Positions 14,381 to 27,836 of a stretch of DNA of 64,000 nucleotides are shown here, piece by piece. The position numbers were made by a program, and so were the translations under genes. A model generated the notes under the pieces. That model ran no database searches, was not told the DNA's origin, and saw nothing but the letters and a program-made list of their open reading frames with translations. Position 1 is the stretch's first letter; each line of letters starts with the position of its first letter. This DNA comes from Eledone cirrhosa (lineage: Eukaryota): contig OZ024758.1 of assembly GCA_964016885.1 (NCBI GenBank), forward strand, positions 37,572,001 to 37,636,000, written 5' to 3'.

Positions 14381-16881
14381 GTACTAGCTGTCAGAAGTAA
14401 CTCCAATGTTGGTGAGAATTCATTTAAGTTCATGGTATTAGCTGTCAGAAGTAACTCCACTGTTGGTGAGAATTCATTTAAGTCATGGTATTAGCTGTCA
14501 GAAGTAACTCCAATGTTGGTGAGAATTCATTTAAGTTCATGGTATTAGCTGTCAGAAGTAACTCCACTGTTGGTGAGAATTCATTTAAGTTCATGGTATT
14601 AGCTGTCAGAAGTAACTCCACTGTTGGTGAGAATTCATTTAAGTTCATGGTACTAGCTGTCAGAAGTAACTCCACTGTTGGTGAGAATTCATTTAAGTCA
14701 TGGTATTAGCTGTCAGAAGTAACTCCAATGTTGGTGAGAATTCATTTAAGTTCATGGTATTAGCTGTCAGAAGTAACTCCACTGTTGGTGAGAATTCATT
14801 TAAGTTCATGGTACTAGCTGTCAGAAGTAACTCCAATGTTGGTGAGAATTCATTTAAGTTCATGGTATTAGCTGTCAGAAGTAACTCCACTGTTGGTGAG
14901 AATTCATTTAAGTCATGGTATTAGCTGTCAGAAGTAACTCCAATGTTGGTGAGAATTCATTTAAGTTCATGGTATTAGCTGTCAGAAGTAACTCCACTGT
15001 TGGTGAGAATTCATTTAAGTTCATGGTATTAGCTGTCAGAAGTAACTCCACTGTTGGTGAGAATTCATTTAAGTTCATGGTACTAGCTGTCAGAAGTAAC
15101 TCCACTGTTGGTGAGAATTCATTTAAGTTCATGCTATTAGTTTGTCAGAAGTAACTCCACTGTTGGTGAGAATTCATTTAAGTCATGGTATTAGTTGTCA
15201 GAAGTAACTCCAATGTTGGTGAGAATTCATTTAAGTTCATGGTACTAGCTGTCAGAAGTAAATCCACTGTTGGTGAGAATTCATTTAAGTTCATGGTATT
15301 AGCTGTCAGAAGTAACTCCACTGTTGGTGAGAATTCATTTAAGTCATGGTATTAGCTGTCAGAAGTAACTCCACTGTTGGTGAGAATTCATTTAAGTTCA
15401 TGGTACTAGCTGTCGGAAGTCACTCCACTGTTGGTGAGAATACATTTAAGTTCATGGTATTAGCTGTCAGAAGTAACTCCACTGTTGGTGAGAATTCATT
15501 TAAGTTCATGGTATTAGCTGTCAGAAGTAACTCCACTGTTGGTGAGAATTCATTTAAGTTCATGGTATTAGCTGTCAGAAGTAACTCCATTGTTGGTGAG
15601 AATTCATTTAAGTCATGGTACTAGCTGTCAGAAGTAACTCCAATGTTGGTGAGAATTCATTTAAGTCATGGTACTAGCTGTCAGAAGTAACTCCAATGTT
15701 GGTGAGAATTCATTTAAGTTCATGGTATTAGCTGTCAGAAGTAACTCCACTGTTGGTGAGAATTCATTTAAGTTCATGGTATTAGCTGTCAGAAGGAACT
15801 CCAATGTTGGTGAGAATTCATTTAAGTCATGGTACTAGCTGTCAGAAGTAACTCCACTGTCGGTGAGAATTCATTTAAGTTCATGGTATTAGCTGTCAGA
15901 AGGAACGCCACTGTTGGTGAGAATTCATTTAAGTTCATGGTATTAGCTGTCAGAAGTAACTCCACTGTTGGTGAGAATTCATTTAAGTTCATGGTATTAG
16001 CTGTCAGAAGTAACTCCACTGTTGGTGAGAATTCATTTAAGTTCATGGTATTAGCTGTCAGAAGTCACTCCAATGTTGGTGAGAATTCATTTAAGTTCAT
16101 GGTATTAGCTGTCAGAAGTCACTCCACTGTTGGTGAGAATTCATTTAAGTTCATGGTACTAGCTGTCCGAAGTAACCCCAATGTTGGTGAGAATTCATTT
16201 AAGTTCATGGTATTAGCTGTCAGAAGTCACTCCAATGTTGGTGAGAATTCATTTAAGTTCATGGTATTAGCTGTCAGAAGTAACTCCACTGTTGGTGAGA
16301 ATTCATTTAAGTTCATGGTATTAGCTGTCAGAAGTAACTCCACTGTTGGTGAGAATTCATTTAAGTTCATGGTATTAGCTGTCAGAAGGAACTCCACTGT
16401 TGGTGAGAATTCATTTAAGTTCATGGTACTAGCTGTCAGAAGTAACTCCACTGTTGGTGAGAATTCATTTAAGATCATGGTATTAGTTTGTCAGAAGTAA
16501 CTCCACTGTTGGTGAGAATTCATTTAAGTCATGGTATTAGTTGTCAGAAGTAACTCCAATGTTGGTGAGAATTCATTTAAGCCATGGTACTAGCTGTCAG
16601 AAGTAACTCCAATGTTGGTGAGAATTCATTTAAGTTCATGGTATTAGCTGTCAGAACGAACTCCACTGTTGGTGAGAATTCATTTAAGTTCATGGTATTA
16701 GCTGTCAGAAGTAACTCCACTGTTGGTGAGAATTCATTTAAGTTCAGGGTACTAGCTGTCAGAAGTAACTCCAATGTTGGTGAGAATTCGTTTAAGTTCA
16801 TGGTATTAGCTGTCAGAAGGAACTCCACTGTTGGTGAGAATTCATTTAAGTCATGGTACTAGCTGTCAGAAGTACCTCCAA

Positions 16882-19800
16882 TGTTGGTGAGAATTCATTT
16901 AAGTTCATGGTATTAGCTGTCAGAAGTAACTCCACTGTTGGTGAGAATTCATTTAAGTCATGTTATTAGCTGTCAGAAGTAACTCCATTGTTGGTGAGAA
17001 TTCATTTAAGTCATGGTACTAGCTGTCAGAAGTAACTCCAATGTTGGTGAGAATTCATTTAAGTCATGGTACTAGCTGTCAGAAGTACCTCCAATGTTGG
17101 TGAGAATTCATTTAAGTTCATGGTATTAGCTGTCAGAAGGAACTCCACTGTTGGTGAGAATTCATTTAAGTTCATGGTATTAGCTGTCAGAAGTAACTCC
17201 ACTGTTGGTGAGAATTCATTTAAGTTCATGGTATTAGCTGTCAGAGGTAACTCCACTGTTGGTGAGAATTCATTTAAGTTCATGGTACTAGCTGTCAGAA
17301 GTAACTCCAATGTTGGTGAGTATTCATTTAAGTTCATGGTATTAGCTGTCAGAAGTAACTCCACTGTTGGTGAGAATTCATTTACGTCATGGTATTAGCT
17401 GTCAGAAGTAACTCCAATGTTGGTGAGAATTCATTTAAGTTCATGGTATTAGCTGTCAGAATTAACTCCAATGTTGGTGAGAATTCATTTAAGTTCATGG
17501 TATTAGCTGTCAGAAGGAACTCCACTGTTGCTGAGAATTCATTTAAGTTCATGGTATTAGCTGTCAGAAGTAACTCCACTGTTGGTGAGAATTCATTTAA
17601 GTTCATGGTACTAGCTGTCAGAAGTAACTCCACTGTTGGTGAGAATTCATTTAAGTTCATGGTATTAGCTGTCAGAAGTCACTCCAATGTTGGTGAGAAT
17701 TCATTTAAGTTCATGGTATTAGCTGTCAGAAGTCACTCCACTGTTGGTGAGAATTCATTTAAGTTCATGGTACTAGCTGTCAGAAGTAACCCCAATGTTG
17801 GTGAGAATTCATTTAAGTTCATGGTATTAGCTGTCAGAAGTCACTCCAATGTTGGTGAGAATTCATTTAAGTTCATGGTATTAGCTGTCAGAAGTAACTC
17901 CACTGTTGGTGAGAATTCATTTAAGTTCATGGTATTAGCTGTCAGAAGTAACTCCACTGTTGGTGAGAATTCATTTAAGTTCATGGTATTAGCTGTCAGA
18001 AGGAACTCCACTGTTGGTGAGAATTCATTTAAGTTCATGGTACTAGCTGTCAGAAGTAACTCCACTGTTGGTGAGAATTCATTTAAGTTCATGGTATTAG
18101 TTTGTCAGAAGTAACTCCACTCTTGGTGAGAATTCATTTAAGTCATGGTATTAGTTGTCAGAAGTAACTCCAATGTTGGTGAGAATTCATTTAAGCCATG
18201 GTACTAGCTGTCAGAAGTAACTCCAATGTTGGTGAGAATTCATTTAAGTTCATGGTATTAGCTGTCAGAACGAACTCCACTGTTGGTGAGAATTCATTTA
18301 AGTGCATGGTATGAGCTGTCAGAAGTAACTCCACTGTTGGTGAGAATTCATTTAAGTTCATGGTACTAGCTGTCAGAAGTAACTCCACTGTTGGTGAGAA
18401 TTCATTTAAGTTCATGGTATTAGTTTGTCAGAAGTACCTCCACTGTTGGTGAGAATTCATTTAAGTCATGGTATTAGTTGTCAGAAGTAACTCCAATGTT
18501 GGTGAGAATTCATTTAAGTTCATGGTATTAGCTGTCAGAAGGAACTCCACTGTTGGTGAGAATTCATTTAAGTTCATGGTATTAGCTGTCAGAAGGAACT
18601 CCAATGTTGGTGAGAATTCATTTAAGTCATGGTACTAGCTGTCAGAAGTAACTCCACTGTTGGTGAGAATTCATTTAAGTTCATGGTATTAGCTGTCAGA
18701 AGGAACTCCACTGTTGGTGAGAATTCATTTAAGTTCATGGTACTAGCTGTCAGAAGTAACTCCACTGTTGGTGAGAATTCATTTAAGTTCATGGTATTAG
18801 TTTGTCAGAAGTAACTCCACTGTTGGTGAGAATTCATTTAAGTCATGGTATTAGTTGTCAGAAGTAACTCCAATGTTGGTGAGAATTCATTTAAGCCGTG
18901 GTACTAGCTGTCAGAAGTAACTCCAATGTTGGTGAAAATTCATTTAAGTTCATGGTATTAGCTGTCAGAACGAACTCCACTGTTGGTGAGAATTAATTTA
19001 AGTTCATGGTATTAGCTGTCAGAAGTAACTCCACTGTTGGTGAGAATTCATTTAAGTTCATGGTACTAGCTGTCAGAAGTAACTCCAATGTTGGTGAGAA
19101 TTCATTTAAGTTCATGGTATTAGCTGTCAGAAGTAACTCCATTGTTGGTGAGAGTTCATTTAAGTCATGGTAATAGCTGTCAGAAGTAACTCCAATGTTG
19201 GTGAGAATTCATTTAAGTTCATGGTATTAGCTGTCAGAAGGAACGCCACTGTTGGTGAGAATTCATTTAAGTTCATGGTATTAGCTGTCAGAAGTAACTC
19301 CACTGTTGGTGAGAATTCATTTAAGTTCATGGTACTAGCTGTCAGAAGTAACTCCAATGTTGGTGAGAATTCATTTAAGTTCATGGTATTAGCTGTCAGA
19401 AGGAACTCCACTGTTGGTGAGAATTCATTTAAGTCATGGTATTAGCTGTCAGAAGTAACTCCAATGTTGGTGAGAATTCATTTAAGTTCATGGTATTAGC
19501 TGTCAGAAGTAACTCCACTGTTGGTGAGAATTCATTTAAGTTCATGGTATTAGCTGTCAGAAGTAACTCCACTGTTGGTGAGAATTCATTTAAGTTCATG
19601 GTACTAGCTGTCAGAAGTAACTCCACTGTTGGTGAGAATTCATTTAAGTTCATGCTATTAGTTTGTCAGAAGTAACTCCACTGTTGGTGAGAATTCATTT
19701 AAGTCATGGTATTAGTTGTCAGAAGTAACTCCAATGTTGGTGAGAATTCATTTAAGTTCATGGTACTAGCTGTCAGAAGTAAATCCACTGTTGGTGAGAA

Positions 19801-21989
19801 TTCATTTAAGTTCATGGTATTAGCTGTCAGAAGTAACTCCACTGTTGGTGAGAATTCATTTAAGTTCATGGTACTAGCTGTCGGAATTCACTCCACTGTT
19901 GGTGAGAATACATTTAAGTTCATGGTATTAGCTGTCAGAAGTCACTCCAATGTTGGTGAGAATTCATTTAAGTTCATGGTATTAGCTGTCAGAAGTAACT
20001 CCACTGTTGGTGAGAATTCATTTAAGTTCATGGTATTAGCTGTCAGAAGTAACTCCACTGTTGGTGAGAATTCATTTAAGTTCATGGTACTAGCTGTCAG
20101 AAGTAACTCCACTGTTGGTGAGAATTCATTTAAGTTCATGGTATTAGCTGTCAGTAGTCACTCCAATGTTGGTGAGAATTCATTTAGGTTCATGGTATTA
20201 GCTGTCAGAAGTCACTCCCCTGTTGGTGAGAATTCATTTAAGTTCATGGTATTAGCTGTCAGAAGTAACTCCACTGTTGGTGAGAATTCATTTAAGTTCA
20301 TGGTACTAGCTGTCAGAAGTAACTCCACTGTTGGTGAGAATTCATTTAAGTTCATGGTATTAGCTGTCAGAAGTCACTCCAATGTTGGTGAGAATTCATT
20401 TAGGTTCATGGTATTAGCTGTCAGAAGTCACTCCACTGTTGGTGAGAATTCATTTAAGTTCATGGTACTAGCTGTCAGAAGTAACCCCAATGTTGGTGAG
20501 AATTCATTTAAGTTCATGGTATTAGCTGTCAGAAGTCACTCCAATGTTGGTGAGAATTCATTTAAGTTCATGGTATTAGCTGTCAGAAGTAACTCCACTG
20601 TTGGTGAGAATTCATTTATGTTCATGGTATTAGTTTGTCAGAAGTAACTCCACTGTTGGTGAGAATTCATTTAAGTCATGGTATTAGTTGTCAGAAGTAA
20701 CTCCAATGTTGGTGAGAATTCATTTAAGTTCATGGTATTAGCTGTCAGAAGTCACTCCAATGTTGGTGAGAATTCATTTAAGTTCATGGTATTAGTTGTC
20801 AGAAGGAACTCCAATGTTGGTGAGAATTCATTTAAGTCATGGTACTAGCTGTCAGAAGTAACTCCACTGTTGGTGAGAATTCATTTAAGTTCATGGTATT
20901 AGCTGTCAGAAGGAACTCCACTGTTGGTGAGAATTCATTTAAGTTCATGGTATTAGCTGTCAGAAGTAACTCCACTGTTGGTGAGAATTCATTTAAGTCA
21001 TGGTATTAGCTGTCAGAAGTAACTCCATTGTTGGTGAGAATTCATTTAAGTCATGGTACTAGCTGTCAGAAGTAACTCTAATGTTGGTGAGAATTCATTT
21101 AAGTTCATGTTATTAGCTGTCAGAAGGAACTCCACTGTTGGTGAGAATTCATTTAAGTTCATGGTATTAGCTGTCAGAAGTAACTCCACTGTTGGTGAGA
21201 ATTCATTTAAGTTCATGGTATTACCTGTCAGAAGTAACTCCACCGTTGGTGAGAATTCATTTAAGTTCATGGTACTAGCTGTCAGAAGTAACTCCAATGC
21301 TGGTGAGAATTCATTTAAGTTCATGGTATTAGCTGTCAGAAGTAACTCCACTGTTGGTGAGAATTCATTTAAGTTCATGGTATTAGCTGTCAGAAGTAAC
21401 TCCACTGTTGGTGAGAATTCATTTAAGTTCATGGTATTAGCTGTCAGAAGTAACTCCACTGTTAGTGAGAATTCATTTAAGTTCATGGTACTAGCTGTCA
21501 GAAGTAACTCCAATGTTGGTGAGAATTCATTTAAGTTCATGGTATTAGCTGTCAGAAGTAACTCCACTGTTGGTGAGAATTCATTTAAGTCATGGTATTA
21601 GCTGTCAGAAGTAACTCCACTGTTGGTGAGAATTCATTTAATTTCATGGTATTAGCTGTCAGAAGTAACTCCACTGTTGGTGAGAATTCATTTAAGTTCA
21701 TGGTACGAGCTGTCAGAAGTAACTCCAATGTTGGTGAGAATTCATTTAAGTTCATGGTATTAGCTGTCAGAAGTAACTCCACTGTTGGTGAGAATTCATT
21801 TAAGTCATGGTATTAGCTGTCAGAAGTAACTCCACTGTTGGTGAGAATTCATTTAAGTTCATGGTATTAGCTGTCAGAAGTAACTCCACTGTTGGTGAGA
21901 ATTCATTTAAGTTCATGGTATTAGCTGTCAGAAGTAACTCCACTGTGGGTGAGAATTCATTTAAGTTCATGGTATTAGTTTGTCAGAAG
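16882..21989 (+). repeat. 5.1-kb block duplicated at 45589-50696 (offset 28707); its first about 3.8 kb also occurs at offset 24343
   Basis: Marker and ORF pairs 17066/45773, 17389/46096, 19167/47874, 19706/48413, 21053/49760 and 21807/50514 are all +28707. Pairs 17066/41409 through 19706/44049 are all +24343. Confidence 0.9.
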
Positions 21990-24900
21990 TAACTCCACTG
22001 TTGGTGAGAATTCATTTAAGTCATGGTATTAGTTGTCAGAAGTAACTCCAATGTTGGTGAGAATTCATTTAAGTTCATGGTACTAGCTGTCAGAAGTAAC
22101 TCCACTGTTGGTGAGAATTCATTTAAGTTCATGGTAATAGCTGTCAGAAGTAACTCCACTGTTGGTGAGAATTCATTTAAGTCATGGTATTAGCTGTCAG
22201 AAGTAACTCCAATGTTGGTGAGAATTCATTTAAGTCATGGTACTAGCTGTCAGAAGTAACTCCAATGTTGGTGAGAATTCATTTAAGTTCATGGTATTAG
22301 CTGTCAGAAGAAACTCCACTGTTGGTGAGAATTCATTTAAGTTCATGGTATTAGCTGTCAGAAGTAACTCCACTGTTGGTGAGAATTCATTTAAGTCATG
22401 GTATTAGCTGTCAGAAGTAACTCCAATGTTGGTGAGAATTCATTTAAGTTCATGGTATTAGCTGTCAATAAGTCACTCCACTGTTGGTGAGAATTCATTT
22501 AAGTTCATGGTACTAGCTGTCAGAAGTAACCCCAATGTTGGTGAGAATTCATTTAAGTTCATGGTATTAGCTGTCAGAAGTCACTCCAATGTTGGTGAGA
22601 ATTCATTTAAGTTCATGGTATTAGCTGTCAGAAGTAACTCCACTGTTGGTAAGAATTCATTTAAGTTCATGGTATTAGCTGTCAGAAGTAACTCCACTGT
22701 TGGTGAGAATTCATTTAAGTTCATGGTATTAGCTGTCAGAAGGAACGCCACTGTTGGTGAGAATTCATTTAAGTTCATGGTATTAGCTGTCAGAAGTAAC
22801 GCCACTGTTGGTGAGAATTCATTTAAGTTCATGGTACTAGCTGTCAGAAGTAACTCCAATGTTGGGGAGAATTCATTTAAGTTCATGGTATTAGCTGTCA
22901 GAAGGAACTCCACTGTTGCTGAGAATTCATTTAAGTTCATGGTATTAGCTGTCAGAAGTAACTCCACTGTTGGTGAGAATTCATTTAAGTTCATGGTACT
23001 AGCTGGCATAAGTAACTCCAATGTTGGGGAGAATTCATTTAAGTTCATGGTATTAGCTGTCAGAAGTAACGCCACTGTTGGTGAGAATTCATTTAAGTTC
23101 ATGGTACTAGCTGTCAGAAGTAACTCCAATGTTGGGGAGAATTCATTTAAGTTCATGGTATTAGCTGTCAGAAGGAACTCCACTGTTGCTGAGAATTCAT
23201 TTAAGTTCATGGTATTAGCTGTCAGAAGTAACTCCACTGTTCGTGAGAATTCATTTAAGTTCATGGTACTAGCTGTCAGAAGTAACTCCAATGTTGGTGA
23301 GAATTCATTTAAGTTCATGTTATTAGCTGTCAGAAGGAACTCCACTGTTGGTGAGAATTCATTTAAGTTCATGGTATTAGCTGTCAGAAGTAACTCCACT
23401 GTTGGTGAGAATTCATTTAAGTTCATGGTATTACCTGTCAGAAGTAACTCCACCGTTGGTGAGAATTCATTTAAGTTCATGGTACTAGCTGTCAGAAGTA
23501 ACTCCAATGCTGGTGAGAATTCATTTAAGTTCATGGTATTAGCTGTCAGAAGTAACTCCACTGTTGGTGAGAATTCATTTAAGTTCATGGTATTAGCTGT
23601 CAGAAGTAACTCCACTGTTGGTGAGAATTCATTTAAGTTCATGGTATTAGCTGTCAGAAGTAACTCCACTGTTAGTGAGAATTCATTTAAGTTCATGGTA
23701 CTAGCTGTCAGAAGTAACTCCAATGTTGGTGAGAATTCATTTAAGTTCATGGTATTAGCTGTCAGAAGTAACTCCACTGTTGGTGAGAATTCATTTAAGT
23801 CATGGTATTAGCTGTCAGAAGTAACTCCACTGTTGGTGAGAATTCATTTAATTTCATGGTATTAGCTGTCAGAAGTAACTCCACTGTTGGTGAGAATTCA
23901 TTTAAGTTCATGGTACGAGCTGTCAGAAGTAACTCCAATGTTGGTGAGAATTCATTTAAGTTCATGGTATTAGCTGTCAGAAGTAACTCCACTGTTGGTG
24001 AGAATTCATTTAAGTCATGGTATTAGCTGTCAGAAGTAACTCCACTGTTGGTGAGAATTCATTTAAGTTCATGGTATTAGCTGTCAGAAGTAACTCCACT
24101 GTTGGTGAGAATTCATTTAAGTTCATGGTATTAGCTGTCAGAAGTAACTCCACTGTGGGTGAGAATTCATTTAAGTTCATGGTATTAGTTTGTCAGAAGT
24201 AACTCCACTGTTGGTGAGAATTCATTTAAGTCATGGTATTAGTTGTCAGAAGTAACTCCAATGTTGGTGAGAATTCATTTAAGTTCATGGTACTAGCTGT
24301 CAGAAGTAACTCCACTGTTGGTGAGAATTCATTTAAGTTCATGGTAATAGCTGTCAGAAGTAACTCCACTGTTGGTGAGAATTCATTTAAGTCATGGTAT
24401 TAGCTGTCAGAAGTAACTCCAATGTTGGTGAGAATTCATTTAAGTCATGGTACTAGCTGTCAGAAGTAACTCCAATGTTGGTGAGAATTCATTTAAGTTC
24501 ATGGTATTAGCTGTCAGAAGAAACTCCACTGTTGGTGAGAATTCATTTAAGTTCATGGTATTAGCTGTCAGAAGTAACTCCACTGTTGGTGAGAATTCAT
24601 TTAAGTCATGGTATTAGCTGTCAGAAGTAACTCCAATGTTGGTGAGAATTCATTTAAGTTCATGGTATTAGCTGTCAATAAGTCACTCCACTGTTGGTGA
24701 GAATTCATTTAAGTTCATGGTACTAGCTGTCAGAAGTAACCCCAATGTTGGTGAGAATTCATTTAAGTTCATGGTATTAGCTGTCAGAAGTCACTCCAAT
24801 GTTGGTGAGAATTCATTTAAGTTCATGGTATTAGCTGTCAGAAGTAACTCCACTGTTGGTAAGAATTCATTTAAGTTCATGGTATTAGCTGTCAGAAGTA

Positions 24901-25485
24901 ACTCCACTGTTGGTGAGAATTCATTTAAGTTCATGGTATTAGCTGTCAGAAGGAACGCCACTGTTGGTGAGAATTCATTTAAGTTCATGGTATTAGCTGT
25001 CAGAAGTAACGCCACTGTTGGTGAGAATTCATTTAAGTTCATGGTACTAGCTGTCAGAAGTAACTCCAATGTTGGGGAGAATTCATTTAAGTTCATGGTA
25101 TTAGCTGTCAGAAGGAACTCCACTGTTGCTGAGAATTCATTTAAGTTCATGGTATTAGCTGTCAGAAGTAACTCCACTGTTGGTGAGAATTCATTTAAGT
25201 TCATGGTACTAGCTGGCATAAGTAACTCCAATGTTGGGGAGAATTCATTTAAGTTCATGGTATTAGCTGTCAGAAGTAACGCCACTGTTGGTGAGAATTC
25301 ATTTAAGTTCATGGTACTAGCTGTCAGAAGTAACTCCAATGTTGGGGAGAATTCATTTAAGTTCATGGTATTAGCTGTCAGAAGGAACTCCACTGTTGCT
25401 GAGAATTCATTTAAGTTCATGGTATTAGCTGTCAGAAGTAACTCCACTGTTCGTGAGAATTCATTTAAGTTCATGGTACTAGCTG
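21080..25485 (+). repeat. Tandem duplication, period 2210 bp (41 monomers)
   Basis: ttacctgtc, caccgtt, aatgctgg, gttagtg, tttaatttc, gtacgagc, gtcaataag, gctggcataag and ttcgtgag all recur at +2210 (e.g. 21592/23802, 22507/24717). Confidence 0.92.
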
Positions 25486-27836
25486 GCAGAAGTAACTCCA
25501 CTGTTGGTGAGAATTCATTTAAGTTCATGGTATTAGCTGTCAGAAGTAACTCCACTGTTGGTGAGAATTCATTTAAGTTCATGGTATTAGCTGACAGAAG
25601 TCACTCCACTGTTGGTGAGAATTCATTTATGTTCATGGTATTAGTTTGTCAGAAGTAACTCCACTGTTGGTGAGAATTCATTTAAGTCATGGTATTAGTT
25701 GTCAGAAGTAACTCCAATGTTGGTGAGAATTCATTTAAGTTCATGGTATTAGCTGTCAGAAGGAACTCCACTGTTGGTGAGAATTCATTTAAGTTCATGG
25801 TATTAGTTGTCAGAAGGAACTCCAATGTTGGTGAGAATTCATTTAAGTCATGGCACTAGCTGTCAGAAGTAACTCCACTGTTGGTGAGAATTCATTTAAG
25901 TTCATGGTATTAGCTGTCAGAAGGAACGCCACTGTTGGTGAGAATTCATTTAAGTTCATGGTATTAGCTGTCAGAAGTAACTCCACTGTTGGTGAGAATT
26001 CATTTAAGTTCATGGTCCTAGCTGTCAGAAGTAACTCCAATGTTGGTGAGAATTCATTTAAGTGCATGGTATTAGCTGTCAGAAGGAACTCCACTGTTGG
26101 TGAGAATTCATTTAAGTTCATGGTATTAGCTGTCAGAAGTAACTCCACTGTTGGTGAGAATTCATTTAAGTCATGGTATTAGCTGTCAGAAGTAACTCCA
26201 TTGTTGGTGAGAATTCATTTAAGTCATGGTACTAGCTGTCAGAAGTAACTCCAATGTTGGTGAGAATTCATTTAAGTTCATGTTATTAGCTGTCAGAAGG
26301 AACTCCACTGTTGGTGAGAATTCATTTAAGTTCATGGTATTAGCTGTCAGAAGTAACTCCACTGTTGGTGAGAATTCATTTAAGTTCATGGTATTAGCTG
26401 TCAGAAGTAACTCCACCGTTGGTGAGAATTCATTTAAGTTCATGGTACTAGCTGTCAGAAGTAACTCCAATGCTGGTGAGAATTCATTTAAGTTCATGGT
26501 ATTAGCTGTCAGAAGTAACTCCACTGTTGGTGAGAATTCATTTAAGTTCATGGTATTAGCTGTCAGAAGTAACTCCACTGTTGGTGAGAATTCATTTAAG
26601 TTCATGGTATTAGCTGTCAGAAGTAACTCCACTGTTGGTGAGAATTCATTTAAGTTCATGGTACTAGCTGTCAGAAGTAACTCCAATGTTGGTGAGAATT
26701 CATTTAAGTTCATGGTATTAGCTGTCAAAAGTAACTCCACTGTTGGTGAGAATTCATTTATGTTCATGGTATTAGTTTGTCAGAAGTAACTCCACTGTTG
26801 GTGAGAATTCATTTAAGTCATGGTATTAGTTGTCAGAAGTAACTCCAATGTTGGTGAGAATTCATTTAAGTTCATGGTATTAGCTGTCAGAAGTCACTCC
26901 AATGTTGGTAAGAATTCATTTAAGTTCATGGTATTAGTTGTCAGAAGGAACTCCAATGTTGGTGAGAATTCATTTAAGTCATGGTACTAGCTGTCAGAAG
27001 TAACTCCACTGTTGGTGAGAATTCAGTTAAGTTCATGGTATTAGCTGTCAGAAGGAACGCCACTGTTGGTGAGAATTCATTTAAGTTCATGGTATTAGCT
27101 GTCAGAAGTAACTCCACTGTTGGTGAGAATTCATTTAAGTTCATGTACTAGCTGTCAGAAGTAACTCCAATGTTGGTGAGAATTCATTTAAGTGCATGGT
27201 ATTAGCTGTCAGAAGGAACTCCACTGTTGGTGAGAATTCATTTAAGTTCATGGTATTAGCTGTCAGAAGTAACTCCACTGTTGGTGAGAATTCATTTAAG
27301 TCATGGTATTAGCTGTCAGAAGTAACTCCATTGTTGGTGAGAATTCATTTAAGTCATGGTACTAGCTGTCAGAAGTAACTCCAATGTTGGTGAGAATTCA
27401 TTTAAGTTCATGTTATTAGCTGTCAGAAGGAACTCCACTGTTGGTGAGAATTCATTTAAGTTCATGGTATTAGCTGTCAGAAGTAACTCCACTGTTGGTG
27501 AGAATTCATTTAAGTCATGGTATTAGCTGTCAGAAGTAACTCCATTGTTGGTGAGAATTCATTTAAGTCATGGTACTAGCTGTCAGAAGTAACTCCAATG
27601 TTGGTGAGAATTCATTTAAGTTCATGTTATTAGCTGTCAGAAGGAACTCCACTGTGGGTGAGAATTCATTTAAGTTCATGGTATTAGTTTGTCAGAAGTA
27701 ACTCCACTGTTGGTGAGAATTCATTTAAGTCATGGTATTAGTTGTCAGAAGTAACTCCAATGTTGGTGAGAATTCATTTAAGTTCATGGTACTAGCTGTC
27801 AGAAGTAACTCCACTGTTGGTGAGAATTCATTTAAG
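23290..27836 (+). repeat. 4.5-kb block duplicated at 33521-38067 (offset 10231 = 6137 + 4094)
   Basis: Shared private variants gctgtcaaaag (about 26728/36959) and catgtacta G-deletion (about 27143/37374). ORF pairs 24717/34948, 25850/36081 and 26226/36457. Confidence 0.9.

Larger units (their letters stand above)
1..16850 (+). repeat. Domain A: irregular higher-order repeat of about 2.9-3.8 kb, with about 5 copies of a shared core
   Basis: Marker cassette gtcggaagtc/gaatacatt, actgtcggt, gtccgaagtaacccc, aagatcatgg recurs. The matching 223-aa pseudo-ORFs start at 1902, 5665, 8571, 12334 and 15829 (spacings 3763, 2906, 3763, 3495). Confidence 0.9.
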
